Origin: an uncultured Clostridiaceae bacterium
GTDB taxonomy: Bacteria; Bacillota; Clostridia; Lachnospirales; Lachnospiraceae
Direction: 5' to 3'
Length of the DNA: 51,955 nucleotides
Assembly: GCA_946185495.1 (NCBI GenBank)
Contig: CAMHJT010000001.1
Coordinates: 1 to 51,955, forward strand
Within the stretch, counting starts at the first letter, position 1, and every line of letters begins with the position of its first letter. A program made the position numbers and the translations under genes. The notes beneath the pieces were generated by a model. The model was not told the origin of the DNA. It saw nothing but the letters and a program-made list of their open reading frames with translations, and searched no databases. Shown here piece after piece: positions 35,321-44,239 of the stretch.

Positions 35321-35371
35321 GATGATGGAGGCTGTCTGGCCAGTCAGGGACAGTAGATCCGTTAAGGATAC

Positions 35372-35423
35372 AAAAAAGCCGTGCAGGATTCCTTATGGGA
35401 AACTCCTGCATGGCTTTTTTTTA
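35372..35423. terminator. bidirectional terminator between convergent genes
   Basis: AAAAA-AGCCGTGCAGGA ... TCCTGCATGGCT-TTTTTTTT, a 12-bp stem. Confidence 0.85.
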
Positions 35424-35458
35424 TCGATATCATATAGTGTGTGCCGGGAAGAAATGGA

Positions 35459-36379
35459 TCAGCTCTTTATGCCGTTTACAAGCTCGTCCAGCATCTTTGG
35501 AAGCTCGATATCCATGTTCTCATCGCTGAACTGGCAGGTGCCCACAGCCTTGTGGCCGCCGCCGCCGTACTTCAGCATAAGGCTTCCGACATCTAATGTG
35601 GCTGTGCGGTTCAGGATGCTATATCCAACCGCTGCGGAACAGCCGTGTCCGCCCTTGCCGTTTACGATCCATGCGGAAATGTTCTGCTCTGGATATAAGC
35701 TGTAGATCATAAAGCGGTTGCCGGAATAAATCGGATCAACGCCGCGCAGATCAGAGATGATGACATCCTTCTCCACTCTGGTGTGCGCTTTTACCATCTC
35801 CTTGAATTTTTCCGCCTGTTCCCAATAGACTTCAATTCGCTCTTTTACGTCAGGGAGATTCAGAATCTCCTCGGTTGACATGGTGCGGCATGCCTGCATC
35901 AATTCCTCCATCAGCTTATAATTCGGAATTGTAAAGTTGCGCCATCTTCCAAGACCGGTTCTGGGATCCATCAGGAAGCCGACCAAAATCCAGCCGGTGG
36001 GATTTAAGATCTCGTCAATCGTCAGATTGCCGGAATCTACCTTGTCAACTGCTTCCATCATCTCGTCAAAGTGACTGAAGCGATCCTTTCCACCGTAATA
36101 GTCATAAATGATCCTGGCGCAGGATGGCGTGATGCGGCTCTCACCCTTGTACTTACCATCCAGCTGCTGACGCTCATGCTCACTGGAATGATGATCAAAC
36201 CAAAGGCCGCAGCCCTCTACGAAGGGAACATTGGCAAGGCAGTCGTTCTCATCAATGGGGATCAAGCCATCCTGAAGATCCTTCGGATGCGCAAATTGCC
36301 AGCTGTCGATGATTCCTGCTTCCAGAAGCAATGTGCCGCAGGCGAGTCCGTCAAAATCGGAACGTGTTACTAATCTCAT
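35459..36379 (-). CDS. DHH/DHHA1-family phosphoesterase, NrnB-like (candidate nanoRNase)
   Basis: The N-terminus is TRSDFDGLACG, followed by WFDHH, with a C-terminal GGGHKAVGT (DHHA1 GGGH) motif. Confidence 0.82.
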   Translation of the reverse strand: MRLVTRSDFDGLACGTLLLEAGIIDSWQFAHPKDLQDGLIPIDENDCLANVPFVEGCGLWFDHHSSEHERQQLDGKYKGESRITPSCARIIYDYYGGKDRFSHFDEMMEAVDKVDSGNLTIDEILNPTGWILVGFLMDPRTGLGRWRNFTIPNYKLMEELMQACRTMSTEEILNLPDVKERIEVYWEQAEKFKEMVKAHTRVEKDVIISDLRGVDPIYSGNRFMIYSLYPEQNISAWIVNGKGGHGCSAAVGYSILNRTATLDVGSLMLKYGGGGHKAVGTCQFSDENMDIELPKMLDELVNGIKS

Positions 36380-36491
36380 GTTATACCTCCCAAATATGTG
36401 AAATAATTGGTTACCAGAGCCGCCGCCTGCATCTGCCGGCAGGTGATCCGACCTGTAACTGTTTGGAACGCGGTTCTAAGCACTTACCCCT

Positions 36492-36520
36492 ATTTTATCT
36501 TATTTTTGTTTCCTTTGCAA
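36492..36520 (-). promoter_or_regulatory. sigma-A promoter for the DHH gene
   Basis: On the minus strand: TTGCAA, a 17-nt spacer, then TAAAAT. It leaves a ~105-nt structured leader. Confidence 0.5.
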
Positions 36521-36598
36521 GAACGATTGCAATATTTTTGGTAATTCATGATGCATAATGAAATCATGGAATAAGTGAAGATTTTTGTGGAGAAGGAC

Positions 36599-36627
36599 GA
36601 GACAAACGGGTGAAATGGTGTTATAAT
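36599..36627 (+). promoter_or_regulatory. extended -10 promoter
   Basis: GAGACA, a 17-nt spacer ending in TGT, then TATAAT. Confidence 0.5.
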
Positions 36628-36666
36628 AGAACGCATATTGAGCTTTACAACAAAGGAGGATAAAGT

Positions 36667-37509
36667 ATGGGATTGTTTGACAAGAAATACTGTGACATTT
36701 GCGGGGAGAAGATCGGGCTGCTGGGCAATAAGAAGCTGGCGGACGGCAATATGTGCAAGAACTGTGAAAAGCTGCTTTCTCCCTGGTTCTCGGAGCGAAA
36801 ACAGTCAACACTGAATGAGATCAAGGAGCAGCTCGCTTACAGGGAGCAGAATAAGGAGGCAGTCCGGGCGTTTCATACAACCCGCAGCATGGGCGAAAAT
36901 ATGAAGCTGCTGATCGATGAAGACGCGAAAAAATTTATGGTGACCGACTCTTCCAATCTGGAGAGCGCGAATCCGGATGTGCTGGATTTTTCACAGGTGA
37001 CAGGCTGCAGGGTGGATGTGGATGAGAATAAGATTGAGCAATACACGAAGGACAAAGAGGGCAACAGTGTGAGCTATAATCCGAAACGCTACCGCTATTC
37101 CTACAATTTCTTCATGGAGATTGGTGTGAACCATAAGTACTTTAATGAAATCAAATTCAGGCTGAACAGATCCTCTGTGGAAACGGGGGAACACAGCGCG
37201 TATGAGGATGGTTCCTACAATCAGGTTCAGGGTGGAGCCGGCCTGGGCGGAGCGATCCTGAATGCGGTGAATGCGGCCGTGAATGGAGGCGGCAACGGAA
37301 CCCGAACCCGTAATGTAGAGTTTCAGGAGTACATGGACATGGGAGAGGAGATTAAGTCGGTGCTTATGCAGGCACGTCAGGAAGCCAGAGATCAGGCAAA
37401 CCGGAGGAATGCTCCGAAAAAAACTGTCGTGTGTCCGTACTGCGCGGCGACTACTACTCCGGATGATTCCGGCTGCTGTGAATACTGTGGAGCTACGCTT
37501 GAGGTCTGA
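36667..37509 (+). CDS. hypothetical protein with N- and C-terminal zinc ribbons (DUF4428-like N-terminus)
   Basis: CDICGEK...CKNCEKLLSPWF lies at the N-terminus and CPYCAA...CEYCGATL at the C-terminus. A Gly-rich linker is present. AAAGGAGGA lies upstream. Confidence 0.78.
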   Translation: MGLFDKKYCDICGEKIGLLGNKKLADGNMCKNCEKLLSPWFSERKQSTLNEIKEQLAYREQNKEAVRAFHTTRSMGENMKLLIDEDAKKFMVTDSSNLESANPDVLDFSQVTGCRVDVDENKIEQYTKDKEGNSVSYNPKRYRYSYNFFMEIGVNHKYFNEIKFRLNRSSVETGEHSAYEDGSYNQVQGGAGLGGAILNAVNAAVNGGGNGTRTRNVEFQEYMDMGEEIKSVLMQARQEARDQANRRNAPKKTVVCPYCAATTTPDDSGCCEYCGATLEV

Positions 37510-37529
37510 GCGGAACCGTTTTTGGATCA

Positions 37530-37560
37530 GGGACAATTCCACGCGTGGAATTGTCCCTTT
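37530..37560 (+). terminator. intrinsic terminator
   Basis: The perfect palindrome GGGACAATTCCACG/CGTGGAATTGTCCC followed by TTT. Confidence 0.8.
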
Positions 37561-37717
37561 CCCGTTTACGGGAGCGCGAAGGGAATAGATCCGGCCTTAT
37601 ACGGAAAAATTTGGTTATTCTGACTGATTTTAAGCAGAAACGAGGGTTGTAGTAAAAAATATGCCCAAAAGCACAAGTAAAAAGACAGTATTTTTTGGCA
37701 ACACTTACAAATAATTG

Positions 37718-37746
37718 TTGAAAGAAAGAGTAAATGGGATTATAAT
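37718..37746 (+). promoter_or_regulatory. sigma-A promoter
   Basis: TTGAAA, a 17-nt spacer, then TATAAT. Confidence 0.6.
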
Positions 37747-37851
37747 GGAAAACGTATCCATGGAGTGTTCCGGTCCGATATTTTGTGGAAGATGCGGGTT
37801 TGCAGATATCACAATATGGATAAATATGAATATGAAGGAGGGTAATTAAAG

Positions 37852-38610
37852 ATGTTTGATCTGAAGGGACGTGTAGTAGTGATTTCGGGTGCTTCATCAG
37901 GTCTTGGCGCGCAGATGGCAAAGGGGTTTGCCGGTCAGGGCGCCGATCTGGTTATTATGGCCAGGAGGCTCGAGAAGCTGGAGAATCTGGCGGAGGAGAT
38001 CCGCGGCATGGGGGTGAAGTGCCTTCCGGTGAAGTGTGATGTGACGAAGCCGGAGATGGTGAATGAGGCGGCCGCGAAGGCAGAGGCTGAGTTCGGAAAG
38101 GTGGATGTGCTTGTGAACTGTGCCGGCGCTGCGGAAAACGCGGGCGTTCTGGATATGACGGATGAGCAGTGGCAGTTTACGATTGATACGGATATGAACA
38201 GCGTATTCTATGTGACACGCGCTTTTGGCAATATCATGAAGAAGAACCAGTACGGAAGGATCATCAATATTTCTTCCATGTACGGGCTGGTTGGGAATAC
38301 CGCTATGGACACCATCGCGTACCATACCTCCAAGGGAGGCGTGATTAATTTTACCAGGGCGGCTGCGGCTGAACTCGCGAAATATCACATCACCTGCAAT
38401 GCGATTTGTCCCGGGTATTTTGAGACGGAGCTGACCGCAGATACCTTGAAGACGGAAGAATTCCAGGCATACATGAAGATGACGGTTCCACTGGGCCGTT
38501 ACGGCGTAAGCGGGGAGCTCAACGCGGGCGCGATCTTCCTCGCAAGCGATGAGGCTTCCTATGTGACGGGCGTGGTGCTTCCGATTGACGGGGGATATAC
38601 CTGCGTATGA
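37852..38610 (+). CDS. SDR-family oxidoreductase
   Basis: It has the cofactor motif GASSGLG, NISS and the catalytic YHTSK (YxxxK). Confidence 0.9.
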   Translation: MFDLKGRVVVISGASSGLGAQMAKGFAGQGADLVIMARRLEKLENLAEEIRGMGVKCLPVKCDVTKPEMVNEAAAKAEAEFGKVDVLVNCAGAAENAGVLDMTDEQWQFTIDTDMNSVFYVTRAFGNIMKKNQYGRIINISSMYGLVGNTAMDTIAYHTSKGGVINFTRAAAAELAKYHITCNAICPGYFETELTADTLKTEEFQAYMKMTVPLGRYGVSGELNAGAIFLASDEASYVTGVVLPIDGGYTCV

Positions 38611-38694
38611 CGCAGGCCTGCAGATGATGAAGAGCAGCAACGGATGATTGGCATGGCATAATAATTGTTCAATGGATCAAGGAGTGGGAAGTAA

Positions 38695-40353
38695 ATGAAG
38701 AAAAAAAGAAAGATATCGATAAAAGTGCGGATGATGGCGATGGCAGTTATCCCTGTGCTGATATTAAGCATTGCGATCCTGATAGTTTCGGGGCTGTCAC
38801 TGAAGTCCGGCATGGAGGGAGAGACTCTCGAAGGGCTTAGAGCGGCGGCCAAATTTTATAAGGACACCAAGCTTTCGGTGGGTGAGCGCTATGAGGACAA
38901 TGATTTTGAGGATGAGCTGAAGGAGAGCACGGGATATGAGTTTACCTGGTTTGAGGGGGATACGAGGGTGCAGACCAGCTTAATGGACAAGGATGGAGAG
39001 CGTCCATTAGGCACGCAGGCCAGTGATGAAGTGATCGAGGCGGTGCTTGAGAACGAGGAGTCCTATACGGCGACGAATACGATAATCATGGGAAAACAGT
39101 ATTTCACCGCTTATGAGCCGGTGACGGATAAATCGGGCAAGGTTATCGGGATGGCGTTTTGCGGCAAGCCCAAGGCGTCGGCGCTCGAGTATACTAGAAA
39201 GTGCATTCTCAGAATGGTTGGCATAGCCGGAATTCTTCTGGTGGTGGCAATTCTGGTGGTATTTGTTGTTTCGGGCAGCATGGTGAAGGTGGTGCGCGAG
39301 ATGGCGGAAGTTGTCGACAAGCTCTCGGAGGGCAGGTTCGTGAAGGCGGATAAATATCTGGAGAGAAGGGATGAGCTCGGAGATGTGCTCAGAAGCGTGA
39401 ACTCCCTGATCGACCGTCTGGGCATGGTAGTGTTCAGTTTGAAGCAGGTGACGGAGTCTGTTCATGGGTCGTCTGAGCATATGACGGATGTGGCGGAACA
39501 GATATCCCTGACATCTGATTCCGTGACCAGGGCGGTAGACGAGATTGCAAGCGGAGCGTCTGCACAGGCGGCAGATATTCAGAATGTGGTAGAGAATGTG
39601 CGGGAGATCAGTGACGCGATCATGCAGGTGGCGGAGACAACCCACACGCTCGAAAAGGTGACAAACCATATGGAGATCAACTCCAAGCAGTCTGAGGTTC
39701 AGTTGAACCATCTGAGCACGACTTCCGCGGAGATGGCAGAAAGCATAGCGGATATTCAGAAGAAGGTCAGCGCGACAGGCAACGCGGTGGAACGCATCAC
39801 GGAAAAGATTGCGGTGATCAACGATATTGCGGCCCAGACCAATATGCTGAGCCTGAACGCGAGCATCGAGGCGGCTCGCGCGGGCGAGATGGGCAGAGGC
39901 TTTGCGGTTGTGGCAGAGGAGATCCGCCAGCTGGCGGACAGCTCGGCGAAGGCGGCCAGAGAGATTCAGGATGAGATGGCACTTTTGATGCGCGAATCCC
40001 AGTCCGCGGTAGAGCAGGCCAAGGAGGTCAGAAGGGAGACAAACGCGCAGAAGGAGACGATCGCGGAGACCATTGGCGGCGTCAACAATCTGATTACGGA
40101 TATCGCCGAGGATATCAATGATGTGCATCTGATCGCGCAGGAGGCGAAGGTGTGCGAGGATTCCAAGCAGGTGGTGCTCGATGCGGTTTCCAATCTGTCG
40201 TCCGTATCGGAACAGAACGCGGCCAGTGCCGAGGAGACGTCCGCAGCCATGGTGCAGCTCGACACAACGGTGGAATCCATGTCGGATTATGCGAAACAGT
40301 TGAAACAGGCAGCCACAGAACTGGAGGAAGTGATCCGTTTCTTCCAGGTATAA
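38695..40353 (+). CDS. methyl-accepting chemotaxis protein (TM, Cache-like sensor, TM, HAMP, MA domain)
   Basis: The signalling hairpin tip reads [37 protein letters not shown]. There are two TM segments. Confidence 0.92.
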   Translation: MKKKRKISIKVRMMAMAVIPVLILSIAILIVSGLSLKSGMEGETLEGLRAAAKFYKDTKLSVGERYEDNDFEDELKESTGYEFTWFEGDTRVQTSLMDKDGERPLGTQASDEVIEAVLENEESYTATNTIIMGKQYFTAYEPVTDKSGKVIGMAFCGKPKASALEYTRKCILRMVGIAGILLVVAILVVFVVSGSMVKVVREMAEVVDKLSEGRFVKADKYLERRDELGDVLRSVNSLIDRLGMVVFSLKQVTESVHGSSEHMTDVAEQISLTSDSVTRAVDEIASGASAQAADIQNVVENVREISDAIMQVAETTHTLEKVTNHMEINSKQSEVQLNHLSTTSAEMAESIADIQKKVSATGNAVERITEKIAVINDIAAQTNMLSLNASIEAARAGEMGRGFAVVAEEIRQLADSSAKAAREIQDEMALLMRESQSAVEQAKEVRRETNAQKETIAETIGGVNNLITDIAEDINDVHLIAQEAKVCEDSKQVVLDAVSNLSSVSEQNAASAEETSAAMVQLDTTVESMSDYAKQLKQAATELEEVIRFFQV

Positions 40354-40483
40354 TACGGACAGGCTGCTAAAGGCAGAAAGGCGGTGGATGCCAGACTGCA
40401 ATCTGCGGCGGATATGGAGGAGGCTGTCCGCCGGGTGATCCAATCCTTGATGTTGAATAGTTGAAAAATTGGCAAAAATTATG

Positions 40484-40536
40484 AAATCCCCTGTATCTGA
40501 TGGTTTTGCTGGAGCGGGGGATTTTTCATATTTTGA
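40484..40536 (+). terminator. possible terminator after the MCP gene
   Basis: AAATCCCC / GGGGATTT, an 8-bp stem with a 25-nt loop, followed by a T-rich tract. The geometry is weak. Confidence 0.4.
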
Positions 40537-40617
40537 AAAAAAGAGGTTTATTCATATAAAGATTTATAGTATAATACATCTATTGTAATTTGCGTTGCTA
40601 AGATCGGAGGAAATGTT

Positions 40618-41175
40618 ATGGCATACGGGATCATCGTAGTGCTGGCGGTATTATGCATCATATCATTTTTTTATGTTCCACTATGGGTGTTCGGAATTTT
40701 CATGGTGGTATGGCTGCTCTGGTCCGTTTTTGTGCTGGCAGTGCTGAGGAAGGCGGAGCCGGAGGTGGAGTCTGTGTTTGCCAGGATGAGGCAGCATGAC
40801 AGAAACCATATTTTTGGCAGGTATATTGCTGATTTCGCGGATCAGGATAAGTGGCTGCTGGAGCGGACTGCTGCTTTGCAGGAGTTTTCTCCGGAGTATC
40901 TTGATCTGGCGGTGAATCTGCAAAGTGCCATGGATGCCAATTTTGAGAAGGCGGATACCTATATGAAGGCATGTGATTATCACGATGATGCCAGCAGGCA
41001 GAAGTATAAGAATAAAATAGACATGCTGTACCACAACAACTGTGAGATCATAGACCGCATTAATACCCTGATCGGACAGCTGGCGGAGCTTGAGAATTCG
41101 GCAGAGCAGGTGGACATGGAACGGGTGGACGATATCATCGCTTCCCTGAAGGAACTGACCGGGGAAGGCGTGTGA
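40618..41175 (+). CDS. hypothetical membrane protein (2 N-terminal TM segments plus a helical C-terminal domain; possibly XpaC-like)
   Basis: Two hydrophobic helices lie in the first ~45 aa, followed by a charged helical region. GGAGGAAA lies upstream. The family assignment is tentative. Confidence 0.7.
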   Translation: MAYGIIVVLAVLCIISFFYVPLWVFGIFMVVWLLWSVFVLAVLRKAEPEVESVFARMRQHDRNHIFGRYIADFADQDKWLLERTAALQEFSPEYLDLAVNLQSAMDANFEKADTYMKACDYHDDASRQKYKNKIDMLYHNNCEIIDRINTLIGQLAELENSAEQVDMERVDDIIASLKELTGEGV

Positions 41176-41233
41176 CGCTTTAGACCCGCTTTGCGAAACA
41201 GAATAAACTTACACAATCAGAGGAGAGTGAAAC

Positions 41234-42892
41234 ATGGAATCAAAAAAAACAAAAACATTGATTGGCTGCAGCCTGGTGGTGGTGCTGTTCATCGTCATGG
41301 TTGTATTGCTTGTATCGAAACTGGTGGGCGGCATCGGGGGAAAACTCGGCGAGGGTGATTCACTCGAGAAGCTGGTCGCGCACGTTGATTACAAGGAGCT
41401 GACGCCGGTAAAGGGAAGCGTGGATCTGTCGGACGCCTCCTTGTATGATGAGCTTCCGGAGATTGAAAAGTATCCGCTGACGCTGGAGGATGATAGCGGG
41501 GATATCCGGATAGAGGTCTTTTCATCCCCGGAGAAAGCGGGAACGGGATCCGACTCATGGTTGATTGATATGGCCCGGGAGTTTAATGAACAGAGACAGG
41601 AGCTTGATGGAAAAACAGTTTCTGTTTCCGTGAGGAGCATCAGCTCGGGGCTCGCGGCGGATTATATTATTTCAGGCAAATATGTGCCGACAGGTTTTAC
41701 GCCGTCTGCCGCGCTATGGGGCGCCTATGCGGACGCGCAGGGTGCCAGGATGGATGTGGCAGAAGAATGCATGGTTGGCAACGTAGCCGGTTTTCTGGTT
41801 GCGAAAGACTCCGGATTCAAGGACTATAAGCAGGTCATCGAGGCAGTGCAGCAGGGAAAGATCAATATAGGCTATACCAATCCGCAGGTGAGCACTACAG
41901 GCATGAATCTTCTGGTGACGATTTTAAGTGAATACGGGAATGGGGACCTGACCAGCGACGCGGCTGTGAAGGCGTTTTCCTCCTTCCAGAAAAATATCCC
42001 TTATGTAGCGACGAATACGATCCAGATGAGGGATAGCAGCGCTAACGGATCTCTGGACGGCATGACGATGGAGTATCAGTCCTATGCGCAGGACAAGGAG
42101 CTGCAGGCCTCCTATGATTTTATACCGTTCGGCATGCGGCATGACAATCCGATGTATATTTGCCCGAAGACTACGGATGAGCAGAGGGAGGCGCTTTTAA
42201 TGTTTACGAGGTTCTGTACCTCGGATGCGGGCAAAAAAGCCGCGGAGAATAAAGGGTTTTATAACAATATGGATTATAAGCCGGCGATCAGTATTATCGG
42301 AAAAGATGTGAAGAACGCGTTGGAGATTTACAAGCGGGAGAAGGACAGCGGACAGCCGATCATTGCCGTATTTGTTGCGGATGTCAGCGGCAGCATGAGC
42401 GGGGAACCGCTTAATCAGCTCAAACAGTCGCTGCAAAACGGCATGCGCTATATCAATGATACCAATTATGTTGGACTGGTCAGCTATTCCTCTGATGTGA
42501 ATATCGAGGTGCCGATCGCAAGATTTGACTTAAACCAGAAGGCGTATTTCCAGGGCGCCCTGAACAGGATGACGGCGGGAGGCAATACGGCCAGCTACGA
42601 CGCGCTGGTGGTGGCAATGCAGATGCTTGAGGACGCAAAGGCAGATCATCCGGATGCCAAGCAGATGCTGTTTTTGCTGAGCGACGGGCAGCAGAACGAG
42701 GGTTATTCTCTGAACAAGATTACTTTTGCGTTGGAGACGCAGAAAACCCCGGTCTATACGATCAGTTATGGCGATGAGGCGGATACAGATGAGATGGCTA
42801 AGGTATCCGGGGTGAACGAGGCGGCGAGTATTGTGGCGGATCCGGAGGATATCGTATATAAGATCAAGAGCCTGTTCAACAGCAGCCTGTAA
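41234..42892 (+). CDS. membrane-anchored vWA-domain protein with a solute-binding-protein-like N-terminal region
   Basis: It has an N-terminal TM segment. The C-terminal vWA domain has the MIDAS motif DVSGSMSG, then GGNTASYDAL and LLSDGQQNEG. Confidence 0.85.
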   Translation: MESKKTKTLIGCSLVVVLFIVMVVLLVSKLVGGIGGKLGEGDSLEKLVAHVDYKELTPVKGSVDLSDASLYDELPEIEKYPLTLEDDSGDIRIEVFSSPEKAGTGSDSWLIDMAREFNEQRQELDGKTVSVSVRSISSGLAADYIISGKYVPTGFTPSAALWGAYADAQGARMDVAEECMVGNVAGFLVAKDSGFKDYKQVIEAVQQGKINIGYTNPQVSTTGMNLLVTILSEYGNGDLTSDAAVKAFSSFQKNIPYVATNTIQMRDSSANGSLDGMTMEYQSYAQDKELQASYDFIPFGMRHDNPMYICPKTTDEQREALLMFTRFCTSDAGKKAAENKGFYNNMDYKPAISIIGKDVKNALEIYKREKDSGQPIIAVFVADVSGSMSGEPLNQLKQSLQNGMRYINDTNYVGLVSYSSDVNIEVPIARFDLNQKAYFQGALNRMTAGGNTASYDALVVAMQMLEDAKADHPDAKQMLFLLSDGQQNEGYSLNKITFALETQKTPVYTISYGDEADTDEMAKVSGVNEAASIVADPEDIVYKIKSLFNSSL

Positions 42893-42904
42893 TAATAAGT
42901 ATTT

Positions 42905-42946
42905 ACAGGTAATTGCGAAACAGTATATTGTTTCGCAATTACCTGT
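42905..42946 (+). repeat. family-1 hairpin, minimal form (copy C)
   Basis: The perfect 17-bp inverted repeat ACAGGTAATTGCGAAAC / GTTTCGCAATTACCTGT with loop AGTATATT. The arms are nearly identical (15/16) to those of copies A and B. Confidence 0.8.
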
Positions 42947-42976
42947 TTACAATTAATGTTTAAGGAGGAAAGAAAC

Positions 42977-43654
42977 ATGGGAATTTTAAGCAGATTTTCA
43001 GACATTATGAAGAGCAATATCAACGCGCTGCTGGACAAGTGCGAGGATCCGGCTAAGATGGTGGATCAGACGCTCAGAAATCTCAGGGAGGATCTGGTAG
43101 AGGTCAAGAAGGAGACCGCGGCTGTGATGGCGGATGAGAAAAAAGCCAGGAGGGCGCTGGAAGAATGTGATGCCGAAATTGAGAAATATACCAAGGCGGC
43201 GCAGAATGCGCTCCGGTCCGGAAATGAAGAGGACGCGAAGGTGCTGATCGCGAAAAAGCAGCAGTTTGAGGCAAACCGCGCCTCCCTGCAGGGTACTTAT
43301 GAGGTTGCCCGCTCCAATTCGGAGAAGATGCGGCAGATGCATGACAAGCTTGTGAATGATATCGACACGCTCGAGATGAAGAAGGATGCGATCAAGGCGA
43401 AGGTTGCCACGGCTAAGGCGCAGGAGCACATGAACAAGATCGTTGCCGGCGGCAAGAACAGTGAGGCTAGCATTGCGGCATTTGAGCGCATGGAGGCGAA
43501 GGCAGACCGCATGCTTGACAGCGCGGTTGCGGAAGCTGAGCTGAATGAGGGGAAAAACAGGGCTTCCAGCCTGGCTGACCAGTATGTGGGCGGCGGCGCG
43601 GATTTTCAGGTAGAGGATGAGCTGGCAAGGATGAAGGCAGAGCTTGGACTTTGA
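42977..43654 (+). CDS. pspA: PspA/IM30-family protein
   Basis: MGILSRFSDIMKSNINALLDKCEDPAKMVDQTLRNL, with coiled coil throughout. AAGGAGGAAA lies upstream. Confidence 0.9.
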   Translation: MGILSRFSDIMKSNINALLDKCEDPAKMVDQTLRNLREDLVEVKKETAAVMADEKKARRALEECDAEIEKYTKAAQNALRSGNEEDAKVLIAKKQQFEANRASLQGTYEVARSNSEKMRQMHDKLVNDIDTLEMKKDAIKAKVATAKAQEHMNKIVAGGKNSEASIAAFERMEAKADRMLDSAVAEAELNEGKNRASSLADQYVGGGADFQVEDELARMKAELGL

Positions 43655-43672
43655 AAGCAGGTAGAAGATATT

Positions 43673-43688
43673 AAAGGGTGAACTGTTA
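43673..43688 (+). repeat. solo family-2 terminal repeat
   Basis: AAAGGGTGAACTGTTA is identical over 16 nt to the reverse complement of 50592-50607. It differs by one missing G from 50760-50774. Confidence 0.5.
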
Positions 43689-43690
43689 GA

Positions 43691-43719
43691 GGCAGTTCCT
43701 TCGGGAACTGTCTTTTTTT
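43691..43719 (+). terminator. intrinsic terminator of pspA
   Basis: GGCAGTTCC-TTCG-GGAACTGTC followed by T7, with a C(UUCG)G tetraloop. Confidence 0.85.
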
Positions 43720-43798
43720 GCATAATTTTATGGCGTTCTGATCATTTTTGTGGTAAAATAGATAAGTCGGGGATAAGAATGGCATGGGAGGTAGACAG

Positions 43799-44239
43799 AT
43801 GGTTCGGGAAGAAGACGTGAAGCTGATGAGCAGGATTGCCATTTATGAGAAACGGGAAGGCAGGACAGAGATTCCTGTCAACAATTATTACAAGGGTGAT
43901 TATATCAGATGGAACGCGCTGAAGGCCGCGGTTTCGGCAACGATTGTATTTGCGGTTGTGGGAACGATCGTCGTGTTATATAAGATGGATTACATTCTGG
44001 CGAATGTGCTGAAGCTGGACTATAAGAGAATTGGCATAGCTTTAGCGGTGATTTATGCGTGCTGGGTGCTGTTATACTGGATTGCCGCCAGGATTTTATA
44101 CGCGATCCGGTACGAGAAGGTGCGTCCGCATATTATCATCTACAACCACAGGCTGAAGAAGCTGCTGGAGGCCAGACAGAAGGAAATAGTGAAACCCAAG
44201 GGAGGTGTGGTTGTTAGTGACGACTTTATTGACTTTTAG
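43799..44239 (+). CDS. hypothetical 2-TM membrane protein
   Basis: The ATG at 43799 is 7 nt after GGGAGG. There are two hydrophobic helices. It overlaps the next gene. I recognise no family. Confidence 0.65.
   Translation: MVREEDVKLMSRIAIYEKREGRTEIPVNNYYKGDYIRWNALKAAVSATIVFAVVGTIVVLYKMDYILANVLKLDYKRIGIALAVIYACWVLLYWIAARILYAIRYEKVRPHIIIYNHRLKKLLEARQKEIVKPKGGVVVSDDFIDF

Noticed and set aside
37745-37849. A Cys-containing 34-codon upstream ORF (MENVSMECSGPIFCGRCGFADITIWINMNMKEGN) ending 2 nt before the SDR gene.
   Set aside because: Its ATG lies inside the predicted -10 box, so it would not be transcribed from that promoter. It has no SD, and the internal ATG (37760) also lacks one. It is probably just the leader sequence.
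39007-40443. A 478-codon minus-strand ORF, the longest unassigned ORF in the track.
   Set aside because: It is entirely antisense to the well-supported MCP gene. Its translation is Arg/Leu/His-rich, as expected from the complement of a GC-rich codon frame. It has no SD and no recognisable motif. The same reasoning applies to 142-885, 1339-2031, 2292-3083, 4304-5257, 12306-13232, 22049-23077, 24823-25515, 26830-27858, 29341-30216, 32139-32909, 37897-38640, 42998-43723 and 45074-45778 (all minus strand).
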